From: Eledone cirrhosa
Lineage: Eukaryota
Assembly (NCBI GenBank): GCA_964016885.1
Contig: OZ024745.1
Location: 108,810,001-108,874,000 of the forward strand
DNA length: 64,000 bases
Direction: 5' to 3'
The position numbers were made by a program, and so were the translations under genes. This document shows, piece by piece, positions 27,731-42,809 of this stretch. Position 1 is the stretch's first letter. Every line of letters starts with the position of its first letter. The notes beneath the pieces are model-generated. The model ran no database searches, had not been told where the DNA came from, and worked only from the letters and a program-made list of their open reading frames with translations.

Positions 27731-28182
27731 TTAATATGTGTCTGTGTGTGAGTGTGTGAATCTGTGTATGTGAGTGTGTGTGTGTGTGTGTGTGAATATG
27801 TGTGTGTGTGTGAGTGTGTTAATCTGTGTATGTGAGTGTGTGTGTGTGAATCTGTGTGTGTGTGAGTGTGTGTGAGTGTGTGAATCTGTGAGTGTGTGAG
27901 TGTGTGAATATGTGTGTGTGTGTGAATATGTGTGTGTGTGTGAGTGTGTGAATCTGTGTATGTGAGTGTGTGTGTGAATCTGTGTGTGTGTGAGTGTGTG
28001 TGAGTGTGTGAATCTGTGAGTGTGTGAGTGTGTCACTCTGTGTGTGTGTGAGTGTGTGAATCTGTGTGTGCATGAGTGTGTGAATTTGTGTGTGTGTGTG
28101 TGAGTGTGTGTGTGAGTGTGTGCATCTATGTATGTGTAAGTGTGTGAATCTGTGTGTGTGTGTGAGTGTGTGAATCCGTGTA

Positions 28183-28239
<57 letters not shown>

Positions 28240-29437
28240 ATGTGTGTGTGTGTGAGTGTGTGAATCTGTGTGTGTGAGTGTGTGAATCTGTGTATGTGAG
28301 TGTGTGTGTGTGTGTGTGTGTGTTAATATGTGTCTGTGTGTGAGTGTGTGAATCTGTGTATGTGAGTGTGTGTGTGTGTGTGTGTGAATATGTGTGTGTG
28401 TGTGAGTGTGTGAATCTGTGTATGTGAGTGTGTGTGTGAATCTGTGTGTGTGTGAGTGTGTGTGAGTGTGTGAATCTGTGAGTGTGTGAGTGTGTGAATC
28501 TGTGTGTGTGTGAGTGTGTGTGAATCTGTGTGTGAATCTGTGTGTGTGTGAGTGTATGAGTGTGTGTGCGTGTATGAATCTTTGAGTGTGAGTGTGTGTG
28601 AATCTGTGTCTGTGTGTGTGTGTGAGTGTGTGAATCTGTGTGTGGGAGTGTGTGAATCTTTGAGTGTGAGTGTGTGTGTGAGTGTGGGAATCTGTGTGTG
28701 TGTGAGTGTGTATGAATCTGTGTGTGTGAGTGTGTGTGCGAGTATGTGAATCTGTGTGTGTGTGAGTGTGTGAATCTGTGTGTGTGAGTGTGTGAATCTG
28801 TGTATGTGAGTGTGTGTGTCAGTGTGTGAATCTGTGTGTGTCTGAATCTGTGTGTGCGTGAGTGTGTGAATCTGTGTGTGTGTGTGAGTGTGTGTGTGAA
28901 TCTGTGTGTGTGTGAGTGTGTGAATCTGTGTGTGTGTGTGTGAGTGTGTGAATCTGTGAATCTGTGAGTGTGTGAGTGTGTGCGTGTGTGAGTGTGTGAA
29001 TCTGTGTGTGTGAGTGTGTGAATCTGTGTATGTAAGTGTGTGTGTCAGTGTGTCTGAATCTGTGTGTGCGTGAGTGTGTGAATCTGTGTGTGTGTGTGTG
29101 TGTGAGTGTGTGTGTGAATCTGTGTGTGTGTGAGTGTGTGAATCTGTGTGTGTGTGTGTGAGTGTGTGAATCTGTGAATCTGTGAGTGTGTGAGTGTGTG
29201 CGTGTGTGAGTGTGTGAATCTGTGTGTGTGAGTGTGTGAATCTGTGTATGTAAGTGTGTGTGTCAGTGTGTCTGAATCTGTGTGTGCGTGAGTGTGTGAA
29301 TCTGTGTGTGTGTGTGTGTGTGAGTGTGTGTGTGAATCTGTGTGTGTGTGAGTGTGTGAATCTGTGTGTGTGTGTGTGTGAGTGTGTGAATCTGTGAATC
29401 TGTGAGTGTGTGAGTGTGTGCGTGTGTGAGTGTGTGA

Positions 29438-29497
<60 letters not shown>

Positions 29498-30045
29498 CTG
29501 TGTGAGTGTGTGAATCTGTGTGTGTGTGAGTGTGAATCTGTGTGTGTGTGAGTGTGTGAATCTGTGTGTGTGTGTGAGTGTGTGAATCTGTGTGTGTGTG
29601 TGTGTGTGAGTGTGTTTGAATCTGTGTGTGTGAGTGTGTGAATCTGTGAGTGTGTGAGTGTGTGAATCTGTGTGTGTGTGTGAGTGTGTGAATCTGTGTG
29701 TGTGAGTGTGTGAATCTGCGTGTGTGTGAGTGTGTGAATCTGTGTGTGTGTGAGTGTGTGAATCTCTGTGTGTGTGTGAGTGTTTGAATCTGTGTGTGTG
29801 TGTGTGAGAGTGTGTGAATCTGTCAGTGTGTGAGTGTGTGAATCTGTGTGTGTGTGAGTGTGTGAATCTGTGTGTGTGAGTGTGTGAATCTGTGTGTGTG
29901 TGAGTGTGTGAATCTGTGTGTCTGTGAGTGTGTGAATCTGTGTGTGTGTCAGTGTGTGAATCTGTTTATGTGTGAGTGTGTGAATCTGTGTGTGTGTGAG
30001 TGTGTGAATCTGTGTGTGTGTGAGTGTGTGAATCTCTGTGTGTGT
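25716..30045. repeat. (GTGTGAATCT(GT)nGA)n minisatellite array, ~22-26 bp unit
   Basis: Well over 100 GAATCT-anchored units, interrupted by a SINE body at 26434-26680. Confidence 0.95.
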
Positions 30046-30854
30046 GTGCGGGCACACGTCAAAATCAACACGTACACAAATACAATCGCATGCGAGTCTA
30101 CCTGTATAGACACACACACACACACACACACATATATATGCATGTGCGTGTGTGTATGCATACTTGTGCGTGCGTGCGTGGGTGTAATGCAATCACACAC
30201 ACGCATGAAACATTTTTTTTAATATACCCGTTGAAGGGATCAGCAGCCAGCCACACACATACAGACACACACAGACAGACACACACACATGCATACACAC
30301 ATAAACACGCACATACACACACACACAAACACACATACACATAAACATACACACAGGGTTGCTAACATCATGATTAAATATAACGGATAAAGGGATCAGT
30401 AGCTACACACACCTATATACACACACACACTCACATAGACATACCTACACACACACACACACACACACCTACACCTACACACAGACACCTACATACACAC
30501 ACACACACACTCACATACACACACACAGATACCACACACCTACACACACACTCACACACACACATACACATACCTACACACACACATACCTACACACACA
30601 CACCTACACACACACACACACACACACACCTACACACACCCCTACATACATACACTCACACACACATACACACACCTACACACACACACACACACACCTA
30701 AACCTACACACATACACCTACATACACACACACACTCACATACACACACACACACACCACACACCTACACACACAGGGTTGCCAGCTAGGTTATTATCCC
30801 ACTTCTCAAGACTGCAGGCTACAATTTATTTTTGAAATCTGGCCTAGTCCGTAC

Positions 30855-31016
30855 CAGTGCCGGTTTTAGTGTGCTTGGCTGTGCTTAAGCACAGGGCCCC
30901 GTTGGACAAGGAGCCACATCTTCCTACCAAAAATTTGTTTATCTCTTTCCGAGCCCAAGTAAGGGGTTTCATAACTTAACTAGCATAGGGCCTCATTTGT
31001 CCTAAATCCATCACTG
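30855..31016. mobile_element. hAT-type MITE
   Basis: TIRs CAGTGCCGGTTTTA / TAAATCCATCACTG; perfect 8-bp TSD GTCCGTAC. Confidence 0.88.
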
Positions 31017-31208
31017 GTCCGTACATTATGATTTAAATTCTTAAATTATAACTTTATTATTATCATCATCATCATGGCTTGACATTGCTAACAAAGATTT
31101 ATAAAGGGCCTTGATAAACAGCCCCGGTTACAGCGGCTGCAAAGGAAAATAGGTTCCGGTCTTGGTGTTGTGATTATTTCCTTCCACCCCTTTTATCTAA
31201 TGGAAGAT

Positions 31209-31395
31209 AATTGTTTCTACTATTGGCACAAGGCCAACAAATACCCAGTACATTACTGGTACTTTATTTTATCGACCCGGTAAGGATGAAAGGCAAAGTT
31301 AACCTCGGCGGGATTTGAACTCAGAATGGCAAGGGCCGTAACTCTATGCGTCAAAGCATGGCGTCCGACCCTCTACCGATATTGCCAATTCACCG
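31209..31395 (-). mobile_element. Major tRNA-SINE family 1
   Basis: Reverse complement of the family 1 sequence. Confidence 0.92.
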
Positions 31396-31583
31396 TACTA
31401 TCTAATGGTAGATAATGAGAGATCAACTGTGTGTTGAAGTATTAATGTGGAGTCGTATATATACATATATGTGTATATATTTGCAAGAGACGTCAACATG
31501 AATGGACCTGTTATTTTTATCTAAAGACATTTTTTCCAATTCCATCCCGCTCGTCCCCTCAATCTATTTTATTTCTCATTCTT

Positions 31584-31619
31584 TCTTCTGATGAAGGACT
31601 AGCGTCCGAAATGTTAAGA
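31584..31619 (+). ncRNA. Minimal type I hammerhead motif
   Basis: TCTT-CTGATGA-A-GGAC-tagc-GTCC-GAAA-TGTT-AAGA. Stem III is essentially absent, as in PLE minimal hammerheads. Confidence 0.65.
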
Positions 31620-31704
31620 CCCTCTTCCTGTTATATCAAGCGTTAACCTAATATATACCTTCCATATACTGTACCGATTGTGTTGTTATTTCTGTTTACC
31701 TTTT

Positions 31705-31739
<35 letters not shown>

Positions 31740-31742
<3 letters not shown>

Positions 31743-31965
31743 GGCAGTGTTCAGAGAGTTTGATCAAGTAACGGACCTTTGGCGAATAATATTTCGTAGC
31801 TCTCTGAGATACAAAGGTCGCAGCATTGTGTCCTCCGTTGTATGAGCGCGTTTTCTGGAGTATTTTCCATTTAAGTTTGAGGTTCCAAACATAGGAGGCG
31901 AGTGTTGTCTGATTTGATCTGTCCGGTCTTCTGAAGGAGTGGGTATGGGCATACCACCGGGTAAC
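31740..31965 (-). pseudogene. Penelope-like element GIY-YIG endonuclease C-terminal remnant
   Basis: TRWYAHTHSFRRPDRSNQTTLASYVWNLKLKWKILQKTRSYNGG, then after a frameshift CCDLCISESYEILFAKGPLL. This resembles the PLE pattern RYxxHxxSF..LSxYIWxLK..WxIL..CxLCxxEKxxI..LLN. Confidence 0.75.
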
Positions 31966-32049
31966 ACTAGGTCCGAACACTGTCACTGCCTCCCACTATC
32001 ATGTGACGTTTTTTTTCTGTATGGATTTTAGAAACTCCCTTTTCACTAC

Positions 32050-32344
32050 AACCTCCGATTCATCTCGGTAAGATTTGAACTCAAGATTTAAACTAAGATA
32101 TAACCTCCGATTGATCTCGGTAAGATTTGAACTCAAGATTTGAACTAAGATATAACCTCCGATTGATCTCGGTAAGATTTGAACTCAAGATTTGAACTAA
32201 GATATAACCTCCGATTGATCTCGGTAAGATTTGAACTCAAGATTTGAACTAAGATATAACCTCCGATTGATCTCGGTAAGATTTGAACTCAAGATTTGAA
32301 CTAAGATATAACCTCCGATTGATCTCGGTAAGATTTGAACTCAA
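32050..32344. repeat. 52-bp tandem repeat, ~5.7 near-perfect copies
   Basis: AACCTCCGATTGATCTCGGTAAGATTTGAACTCAAGATTTGAACTAAGATAT at 32050, 32102, 32154, 32206, 32258, 32310. Confidence 0.95.
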
Positions 32345-32725
32345 AAGATAAAGAGCAGTCTGTGTCTATATATAAAAGAAAGCCAAGTATTGTAATATAA
32401 CTAACTTTCTAATACATACTGGAGTGTATGTCTATGAAACATACAGATATACACCAAGTCCGAACACAAAGGAACCAAACTCCCACTGTCATTGCCTCCA
32501 TCTCTCCTGCTCTCCCCATCTCTCACTATTATGAGCAAATGGGGGGTCCACGCGCTGGCACACCCGGACGGAATAGAGAAGGCGTTTCCCCGGAGGACGG
32601 AGAGGGGGACGCGCTGGAAGAGCCATCCCAGCTTGCGAGGCTCACGCTGATGGTGGTGAGTAGGGAGGTGTTCAGGTATTCCGGGGGGGGGGGGGGCAAG
32701 GACACCAGAAGTCTCCACACTACTG
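32345..32725 (-). pseudogene. CRE-clade non-LTR retrotransposon 3' fragment
   Basis: VETSGVLAP...REPRKLGWLFQRVPLSVLRGNAFSI; 3' UTR homologous to 1815-2080. Confidence 0.72.
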
Positions 32726-32813
32726 CCAAAAAGTTCGAAGTTTCTAAGTTTATTTTTCATTTTTGCGTGTTTTTATCTAAATCAGAAACAATTATATATA
32801 TATGATATATGTA

Positions 32814-32849
<36 letters not shown>

Positions 32850-32931
32850 GAGAGAGAGAGTGGGGGGGGGGGCGTGAGAATCAGTACTCAATACCGAAGT
32901 AGAGTTAAAATATTCATTTATTAGTGGTGAG

Positions 32932-32982
32932 CCTTGTTACTCCGGAATTTCAACTGTACACTCACAGGCTCATCAAACAAGG
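32932..32982 (-). ncRNA. Type I hammerhead ribozyme (C3U variant)
   Basis: CCTTGT-TTGATGA-GCCTGT-gagtgt-ACAGTT-GAAA-TTCCGGAG-TA-ACAAGG: 6-bp stem I and palindromic TCCGGA in stem III. Confidence 0.7.
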
Positions 32983-32993
32983 GTCTCTCTCTC

Positions 32994-33083
<90 letters not shown>

Positions 33084-33097
33084 TATATATGTATATA

Positions 33098-33142
<45 letters not shown>

Positions 33143-33271
33143 CGTTTCTGAATTTGTTGGCAACATGACCCTCCCAAAGTATAACAATATATATATATAC
33201 ATATATATATACAAACATATATACACACATATATATGTATGTACATATATATATATATATATATATATGGT

Positions 33272-33319
<48 letters not shown>

Positions 33320-33629
33320 ACCATATATATAAACAGACAGTCCTTGTTTTACAGTTGATCGACTCAGCCTCGCTTCCCCGAGTAATGTAGGTTCGAACGG
33401 AGTGGGGAAGAGTTCCCTGGCGTGTGGGAGCCCATGTGTATGCCGTCTCCTTAGTCCCAACGGACAATACAGACTGGTGGATAAGTGAGTCTGCAGACCA
33501 CACAATCAGGGATCATATTAGACAACTGGCGTTGGGTAAATTAAGATGCTTGGTGGGATTTCATCTTAGATTTCCTCCTTATAGCTTTCTCTCGGAGCCC
33601 CTCTCTTATTAAATTCCTGGAAGTTTTCA

Positions 33630-33660
<31 letters not shown>

Positions 33661-33877
33661 TCCATGGTGTGTGTGCGTGTGTGTATGTGTGTGTATGTGT
33701 GTGTATGTGTGTGTGTGTGTGCGTGTGTGTGTGTGTGTGAGTCCCGGGTTCAATTGGGGGTAATCACAGTAAGTAAGGTACTTAATACATTAGTAGAGTG
33801 TAAATAACAAATTTGATATAGAAATGGCTTCTACAGAAAATTATCAGGGCTTTTGTAATGATTTCCTTCTATATATA

Positions 33878-33959
<82 letters not shown>

Positions 33960-34019
33960 AATCCTTTCCAGAAATAACTTCTGGAAAGAAAAGGAAATGT
34001 CTGACGAATATCCTCCATC

Positions 34020-34215
34020 TATAACTAACTTACCCTCCGCTTCTGGGTTCCCGGCCGACAGGTTGGAGAATATATTGAGCCAGGAGGTCGGTGAGGGAGA
34101 CTCGTTGGTACAGCCACTCCATATCTCGGGGCTCGCACCTGCGGGCAGCCAACTCCGCATCGCTAACAGTGAGTAGGGATGTGGTCTGGCAGGGACCAAG
34201 AACACCGGAAGTCAC
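34020..34215 (-). pseudogene. CRE-clade non-LTR retrotransposon fragment
   Basis: TSGVLGPCQTTSLLTVSDAELAARRCEPRDMEWLYQRVSL. Confidence 0.65.
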
Positions 34216-34380
34216 TATTTGCTGATTTCAGATGTTACACTACGGCCAAACCGGATTACGGTCGCGACTGAGTCAAACATATCGAACCTGGGACTTTTAT
34301 AGCCTGATACTTATTTTAACAATTTCTTTCTTGTTTTTTTTCTTTTATGAACCGTTAAGTTTCACGATATAGATATCAGT

Positions 34381-35280
<900 letters not shown>

Positions 35281-35413
35281 TATATATAGAAGGAAATCAT
35301 TACAAAAGCCCTGATATTTCCTGTAGAAGCCATTTCTATATCAAATTTGTTGTTTACACTCTACTAATGTATTGAGTACCTTACTTACTGTGGTTACCCC
35401 CGATTGAACCTGA

Positions 35414-35468
<55 letters not shown>

Positions 35469-35780
35469 ACACACACACCAAATTAATATATATATTATAT
35501 ATATAATATATATATATATGTATATATAAATATATATGTATGTGTGTGTATGTTTGTGGAATGCTCAGCCACTTGCGGACACACACACACACGCACACAA
35601 ATATATATATTATATATATAATATATATATATATGTATATATAAATATATATGTATGTGTGTGTGTATGTTTGTGGAATGCTCAGCCACTTGCGCGTTAA
35701 TTTCACGAGCAGGCTGTACCATTGATTAGATTAACTACAACACTGGTCGTCGTAACCGACGAAGTGCCTTCCACACACAC

Positions 35781-35811
<31 letters not shown>

Positions 35812-35814
35812 TAG

Positions 35815-36170
<356 letters not shown>

Positions 36171-36333
36171 AAAAGATAACAAGGACGATTGGTTACTCCT
36201 TCCTTACATTTATTGGTCGGTGACGCGCGTTTCGCCACTGATCAGCTCAAGGTTCGATCTGTATTGATCTTACCCGACTCTATAATCCGCAGCTCGACGG
36301 ACCCCTTAAAATGCTAGTAGAAAATGTTACACC

Positions 36334-36475
<142 letters not shown>

Positions 36476-36861
36476 GAAAAATATGGGGAGAAGAATACTG
36501 CATGGTTGCACATGGATTACATATTATAAAATTAGTCCCTCATTAGTGATTTGCCAACGGTCATTGGTATTTCATCGCATTAAAAATATATATATATAAG
36601 TAGAAGTTGTATTTAATTTGTTGGAAGTCCGACAGACATAAATGTTTATAACTGATTTAGAGCACTCAATAAATTACTGGAGTAAATATTCCATGATATT
36701 AAATAAATGGAAACTATATTTATAAAACCATATTTATTTTATTATATATATTTCTAGGGTACCAAGACAACATTGGTACGCTTTCATTCACTATCCAGTG
36801 AATCTCCAACCGATAAGGTATGATTTTCATGGGTACGTCTCTATTTATAAAACAAACTTTG

Positions 36862-36926
36862 TATTTTATCTGATGAAAGCGTACCAATGTTGTCTTGGTT
36901 ACCCTTGAAATATATATAATAAAATA
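36862..36926 (+). ncRNA. Type I hammerhead ribozyme, family C
   Basis: TATTTTAT-CTGATGA-AAG..ACCAA-loop-TTGGT..CTT-GAAA-TATATA-TA-ATAAAATA. An inverted partial copy lies at ~36695-36786. Confidence 0.82.
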
Positions 36927-37220
36927 AATATGGTTTTATAAATATAGTTTCCATTTATTTAATATCCTGGTGTATATATATATATATATAGAAAACTATA
37001 TTTATAAGACCATAATTATTTTATTATATATATTTCAAGGGCGACCACGGTAAATTATGGTGCGCTTTCATCATTGTTTTTTTCAATATTACCGCCACTC
37101 ATTTGCATACTCACTCACTAATTTGTATCACCCTCAAGTATCTCCACTATCCAGCGAATTTCAACCGTTGAGGTTGTCTTTTTTCCGGGTGTGTCAATAT
37201 TTATTTATAAAACAAATCTG

Positions 37221-37288
37221 TATTTTATCTGATGAAAGCGCACCATAATTTACCTTGGTCGCCCCCTTGAAATATATATAATAAAATA
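37221..37288 (+). ncRNA. Type I hammerhead ribozyme, family C
   Basis: Same architecture as 36862-36926. The inverted partial copy at 36991-37072 ends within the CTGATGA core. Confidence 0.82.
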
Positions 37289-37421
37289 ATTATGGTTTTA
37301 TAAATATAGTTTCCATTTATTAATATATTGTATATTTACTCCACTAACATGTTGAGTGCTCTATATCAGTTATAAAAAAATGTATAAGCTTTTTGAATCC
37401 CAACAAATTAAATATAACCTC

Positions 37422-37481
<60 letters not shown>

Positions 37482-37487
<6 letters not shown>

Positions 37488-37812
37488 TAAAAGGAAAAGA
37501 AAATGCTGACAAATTGTTCCCAGTGAAAAATAGTTTAATTAGGAATAAGTAAAAATTAGTAATAAGTATTGGTTAGTATTCAGTTTAAGTTTTAAGTTTT
37601 TACCGGTTGCGCATTTCCAAAGCTTTTCAAAAATAATTTTGAGATAGAGCGCCCGTGATGTTTTGAAAAGCATTAGAAATGCGCAACCGGTAAAAACTTA
37701 AAACTAAAACTGAATACTAACCAATACTTATTACTAATTTTTACTTATTCCTAATTAAACTATTTTTCACTGGGAACAATTTGTCAGCATTTTCTTTTGC
37801 TTTTACTAATAT
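37482..37812. repeat. ~330-bp near-perfect palindrome in (TA)n, with hammerhead-like 3' half
   Basis: Arms of ~150 bp. The right arm has hairpin-GAAA-TGCGCA-AC-CGG; the 5' core is not intact. Confidence 0.8.
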
Positions 37813-37859
37813 ACCACAACTCGTGTGTTACACCTCTATTCTTTTAAATATATATATAT

Positions 37860-38091
37860 AACGGAGGAAATGTGGTAAGGAACCAGGTGGACCATAACGC
37901 ACCAAAGTAATCAATACTTAGGGTAGTAGAGTGGGTAATAGGAACGAGTAGGACCCCGACGGCTGAGCTCAAGCCGTTTCGACGGCTAATTCTGGACTAA
38001 AAAAAAAAAAGATTTTTTTTTTTTTTTTTTTTTTTAGTCCAGAATTAGCCGTCGAAACGGCTTGAGCTCAGCCGTCGGGGTCCGACTCGTT

Positions 38092-38093
<2 letters not shown>
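37860..38093. mobile_element. PLE-like terminus family B, fold-back palindrome with A/T homopolymer hinge
   Basis: ...CTGGACT-(A)n-GA-(T)n-AGTCCAG... at the centre. Confidence 0.78.
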
Positions 38094-38130
<37 letters not shown>

Positions 38131-38498
38131 CATTGTGTACATTGGATTTCCTAACAAATTACTCACACATGATGTTCTAGTTTCTAACGCAATCCGCTAC
38201 TTACTGAAAAATTTTACTCAACTTATTATGAAATTGATTTTTAAGAGGGGCTCCTCCACCCTTCTCTTTCCATTCATTCTTTCCTACTCCTGCCACTCTT
38301 ACTACCATTTCATTATCTACGGTGAGAGAAAGGTCAATTACAGATGTGGAGATTACACAAGCGGCCTAATTTCATTTTATGCTAATCCTCGTTCTTGCAT
38401 GTGTTTGTGTGTTTCTCTGTGTCCGTGTGTTCGCGTGTTCGTGGTACGGTCGCTGTGTGAGTGTGTGTGCTGTATGTATATATATATGCTGTATATAT

Positions 38499-38548
<50 letters not shown>

Positions 38549-38743
38549 ATGTATGTATATATATATATTTATATATATATGCTGTATATATATATATATA
38601 TATATACAGTATATATATATATATATATATATGCTGTATATATATATATATATATATGCTGTATATATATATATATATATATATGCTGTATATATATATA
38701 TATATATATATATATGCTGTATATATATATATATATATATATG

Positions 38744-38830
<87 letters not shown>

Positions 38831-38888
38831 ATGTATGTATATATGTATGTGTGTGTGTGTGAACGTACGCATTTATACATATATGTAG

Positions 38889-38937
<49 letters not shown>

Positions 38938-39037
38938 CATGCATACATATATTCATACATATATACATACATAAATGTATGTATATATATATATATATAT
39001 ACATGTGTGTGTGAGTGTGTGTGTCTCTCTCTCTCTA

Positions 39038-39081
<44 letters not shown>

Positions 39082-39378
39082 TATATACACATATATATGT
39101 GTGGATGTCTATGAACATATGCGTGTGTGTGTGTGTGTGTGTATAGATATATATATATATATATACACACACACGCATATATACATATAAATACATTATA
39201 TACATATTCATATATATATATACATATAAATAAACATATATACATATAAATATACATACATAGATATGAATATACATATATAAACATAGATACATATTCA
39301 TTCATAAACACATACATGCATTATATGAATATATATATATATATTTATGGTGACAGTTATCCTAAAATGGTTGATATC

Positions 39379-39466
<88 letters not shown>

Positions 39467-39512
39467 AACTAAAATAAATAAGTCAAATATTTAAAATTTG
39501 GCTTCGTTTATT

Positions 39513-39569
39513 ACTGCTATATATATATTTCGGTGACAGCCATCTTTGGCTGTGACCTCTTCAGGCAGT
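39513..39569 (-). ncRNA. Type I hammerhead ribozyme
   Basis: ACTGC-CTGAAGA-GGT.ACAGCCA-aaga-TGGCTGT.ACC-GAAA-TATATATA-TA-GCAGT. Confidence 0.85.
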
Positions 39570-39647
39570 CCGAATTAGTGTGGTAGAGACGAGTACACAT
39601 GTTGTTGAGGTACAACATGTGTACTCGTCTCTACCACACTAATTCGG

Positions 39648-39710
39648 ACTGCCTGAAGAGGTCATAGCCAAAGATGGCTGTCACCGAAGTATATAAATAT
39701 ATATAGCAGT
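39648..39710 (+). ncRNA. Type I hammerhead ribozyme, mirror copy (GAAA to GAAG)
   Basis: Right arm of palindrome ~39465-39760, spacer 39605-39612. Confidence 0.7.
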
Positions 39711-39853
39711 AATAACCGAAGCCAAATTTTAAATATTTGACTTATTTATTTTAGTTTATTTTACATTACTCCGGAGTAACCAAACCAACCTCCGCACTCC
39801 GTTGAGTGCTCCAATCTGCATACTTAGGTGTTGGTATACAACCAACATATACT

Positions 39854-39916
<63 letters not shown>

Positions 39917-40005
39917 AACAAGTAAGACCCCGACAGCTGAGCTCAAGCCGTATTGAGTACTTTGGTGCGTTATGGTCCACCTGGTTCCTTACCACATTTC
40001 CTTCG

Positions 40006-40069
<64 letters not shown>

Positions 40070-40273
40070 TTCTATGTTGTTCACTTGTCCCCCTCGCTTT
40101 ACGCGATTACTGGACCCAATAACTTTTTTTAGCTTATTGCTTGCACCAGCCTGAGGTATCTGATTTTTAATGCGATGAAATACCAATGATGGTTGGCAAA
40201 TCACTGACGAAGGACTATTTTTATCATATGTAACCCATGTGCAAACCACGCAGTATTCTTCTTTCTTCTCATC

Positions 40274-40317
<44 letters not shown>

Positions 40318-40588
40318 ATTATATGATATTAACCATTTCTTCATTGGTCCTGCAAAAGACCTTTCGTCACTTCAAAAAACCTCCCACACAGACATAACTT
40401 GATCTAAATCTCTTTCAAATGTGTTGTTGTATAAGCACACCTGGCCTTAGCCGAAAAGGGCTTTTTAATCTGTTGCTGTAGCATATGCAGAAATGAATGT
40501 AAGTCCTTTTCAGGGCTAAAAAGACACGTACAGGTTTGTATCTCCCTTGTGTAAGGGTTAAGTGACGCCGGTTGTTATATGTGTATAT

Positions 40589-40647
<59 letters not shown>

Positions 40648-40813
40648 CATACATACATATATACACATATATATATATATATGAATGTATGCATGTTATA
40701 TATATATATATACATACATACACACACACGCACACACATATATATATATATATAGAGAGAGAGATACATATATACATATATATATATATACATACATGTA
40801 TGTATGTATATAA

Positions 40814-40871
<58 letters not shown>

Positions 40872-40913
40872 ATAGTTAATAAATAATACTAAACGAAACA
40901 CTTTGAGGAAGTG

Positions 40914-41010
<97 letters not shown>

Positions 41011-41118
41011 GAAGGAATATTTAATTTGTTGGAAATCCAACAAATATAAATGTTTATAACTGATTCAGAGCACTCGACAGTTTCTGGGGTAAATATTCAA
41101 TGATATTAAATAAATGGA

Positions 41119-41169
<51 letters not shown>

Positions 41170-41318
41170 GCTAGGTCTGACCTAGCTGTCAAAACGACCG
41201 GAGCTCAGCCGTCGGGGTCCTGACTGTTATCCTATTACCCACTCTACTACCCTAAGTATCGAGTACTCTGGAGGGTTTTGGTCCACCTGGTTCCTTACCA
41301 CACTTCCTTCGTTATATA

Positions 41319-41363
<45 letters not shown>

Positions 41364-41510
41364 ATTGTTTCTACTTTTAGCACAAGGCCAGCAATTATTC
41401 CAGTGTATTACTGGTACTTTATTTTATCGACCCCGTAAGGATGAAAGGCAAAGTTAATCTCACCGATAAAGTATACTACTTATATATACTTATATATACT
41501 TATATATACT

Positions 41511-41562
<52 letters not shown>

Positions 41563-41941
41563 CCTATTTATGTCGATGTACCTATCAATGTATATCAATG
41601 TAGATATATATTTTGTCGGGCATTTTTAATGCTTAGTGGAGCCCATCACCTCCGAACGTCTGGAAGCAGAGGTTATCTCCCAGAGAAGGATAGAAAGTGA
41701 GGGAGAGAGAGAGAGAGAGAGAGTACAAGAGACCACAATACTGGTCTAGGACTTATTTTATCGACCTCCACTGGGTGGAGGGCTAAGTTGACCTCGGCGG
41801 GATGTGAATTCATAAAGCTGATATCCGGAACTCATATCGCAAAACATTTTATCCGACGTTCGCAACCTTCATGTATATATACATGCATATATGGATACGT
41901 ACGTAGGTATATATATATATATATATCTACATAGGTATATA

Positions 41942-42029
<88 letters not shown>

Positions 42030-42343
42030 TATTTATATATAGTGTATATATTTATATATATATGTATATATATATGTATATATATATATATTTATATATA
42101 TATATGTATATATATATATATACAAATGAATATGCATATATGAACACATATACATACAGATGAATATACATATATATACACATATATATCTATATGAATA
42201 TACATATATACATATGTAGATATATGTATAATAGATATATGTATATAATCCCCCCAAAAACCCATTTATTCATACTTATGCATATATATATATTTATATA
42301 TATATATATGTGTGTGTGTGTATGTATAATACATATATTTATG

Positions 42344-42392
<49 letters not shown>

Positions 42393-42405
42393 CTCCATAT
42401 TTTAT

Positions 42406-42436
<31 letters not shown>

Positions 42437-42621
42437 ATGCAAATATACATACATCTGTGTATATATAAAAAATATACACATATATATATATATATATATG
42501 CATATATACATACATATTATATGTGTGTGTATGTATATGCAAATATATATATACATCTATATATATGTATATACATATACTATACATATGTCTGTATGTA
42601 TATGCAAATATACATATACAT

Positions 42622-42656
<35 letters not shown>

Positions 42657-42778
42657 CAAATATATATATACATATGTATACAAATATGTATACACACAGA
42701 CACGTATATATGTATATATGTATATACATACATATATATATATATACATATATACGTGTCTGTGTGTATACATATTTG

Positions 42779-42809
<31 letters not shown>

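Noticed and set aside
32050-32344. CRISPR-like regular repeat
   Set aside because: Units are contiguous with no unique spacers, there are no cas genes, and the context is eukaryotic.
36215-36305. Complete hammerhead on the minus strand (GAAA-CGCGCG-TC-ACC); similar half at ~43050
   Set aside because: The only candidate 5' core is CCGTCGA (three mismatches) with a poor stem II, so it was kept only as a half motif.
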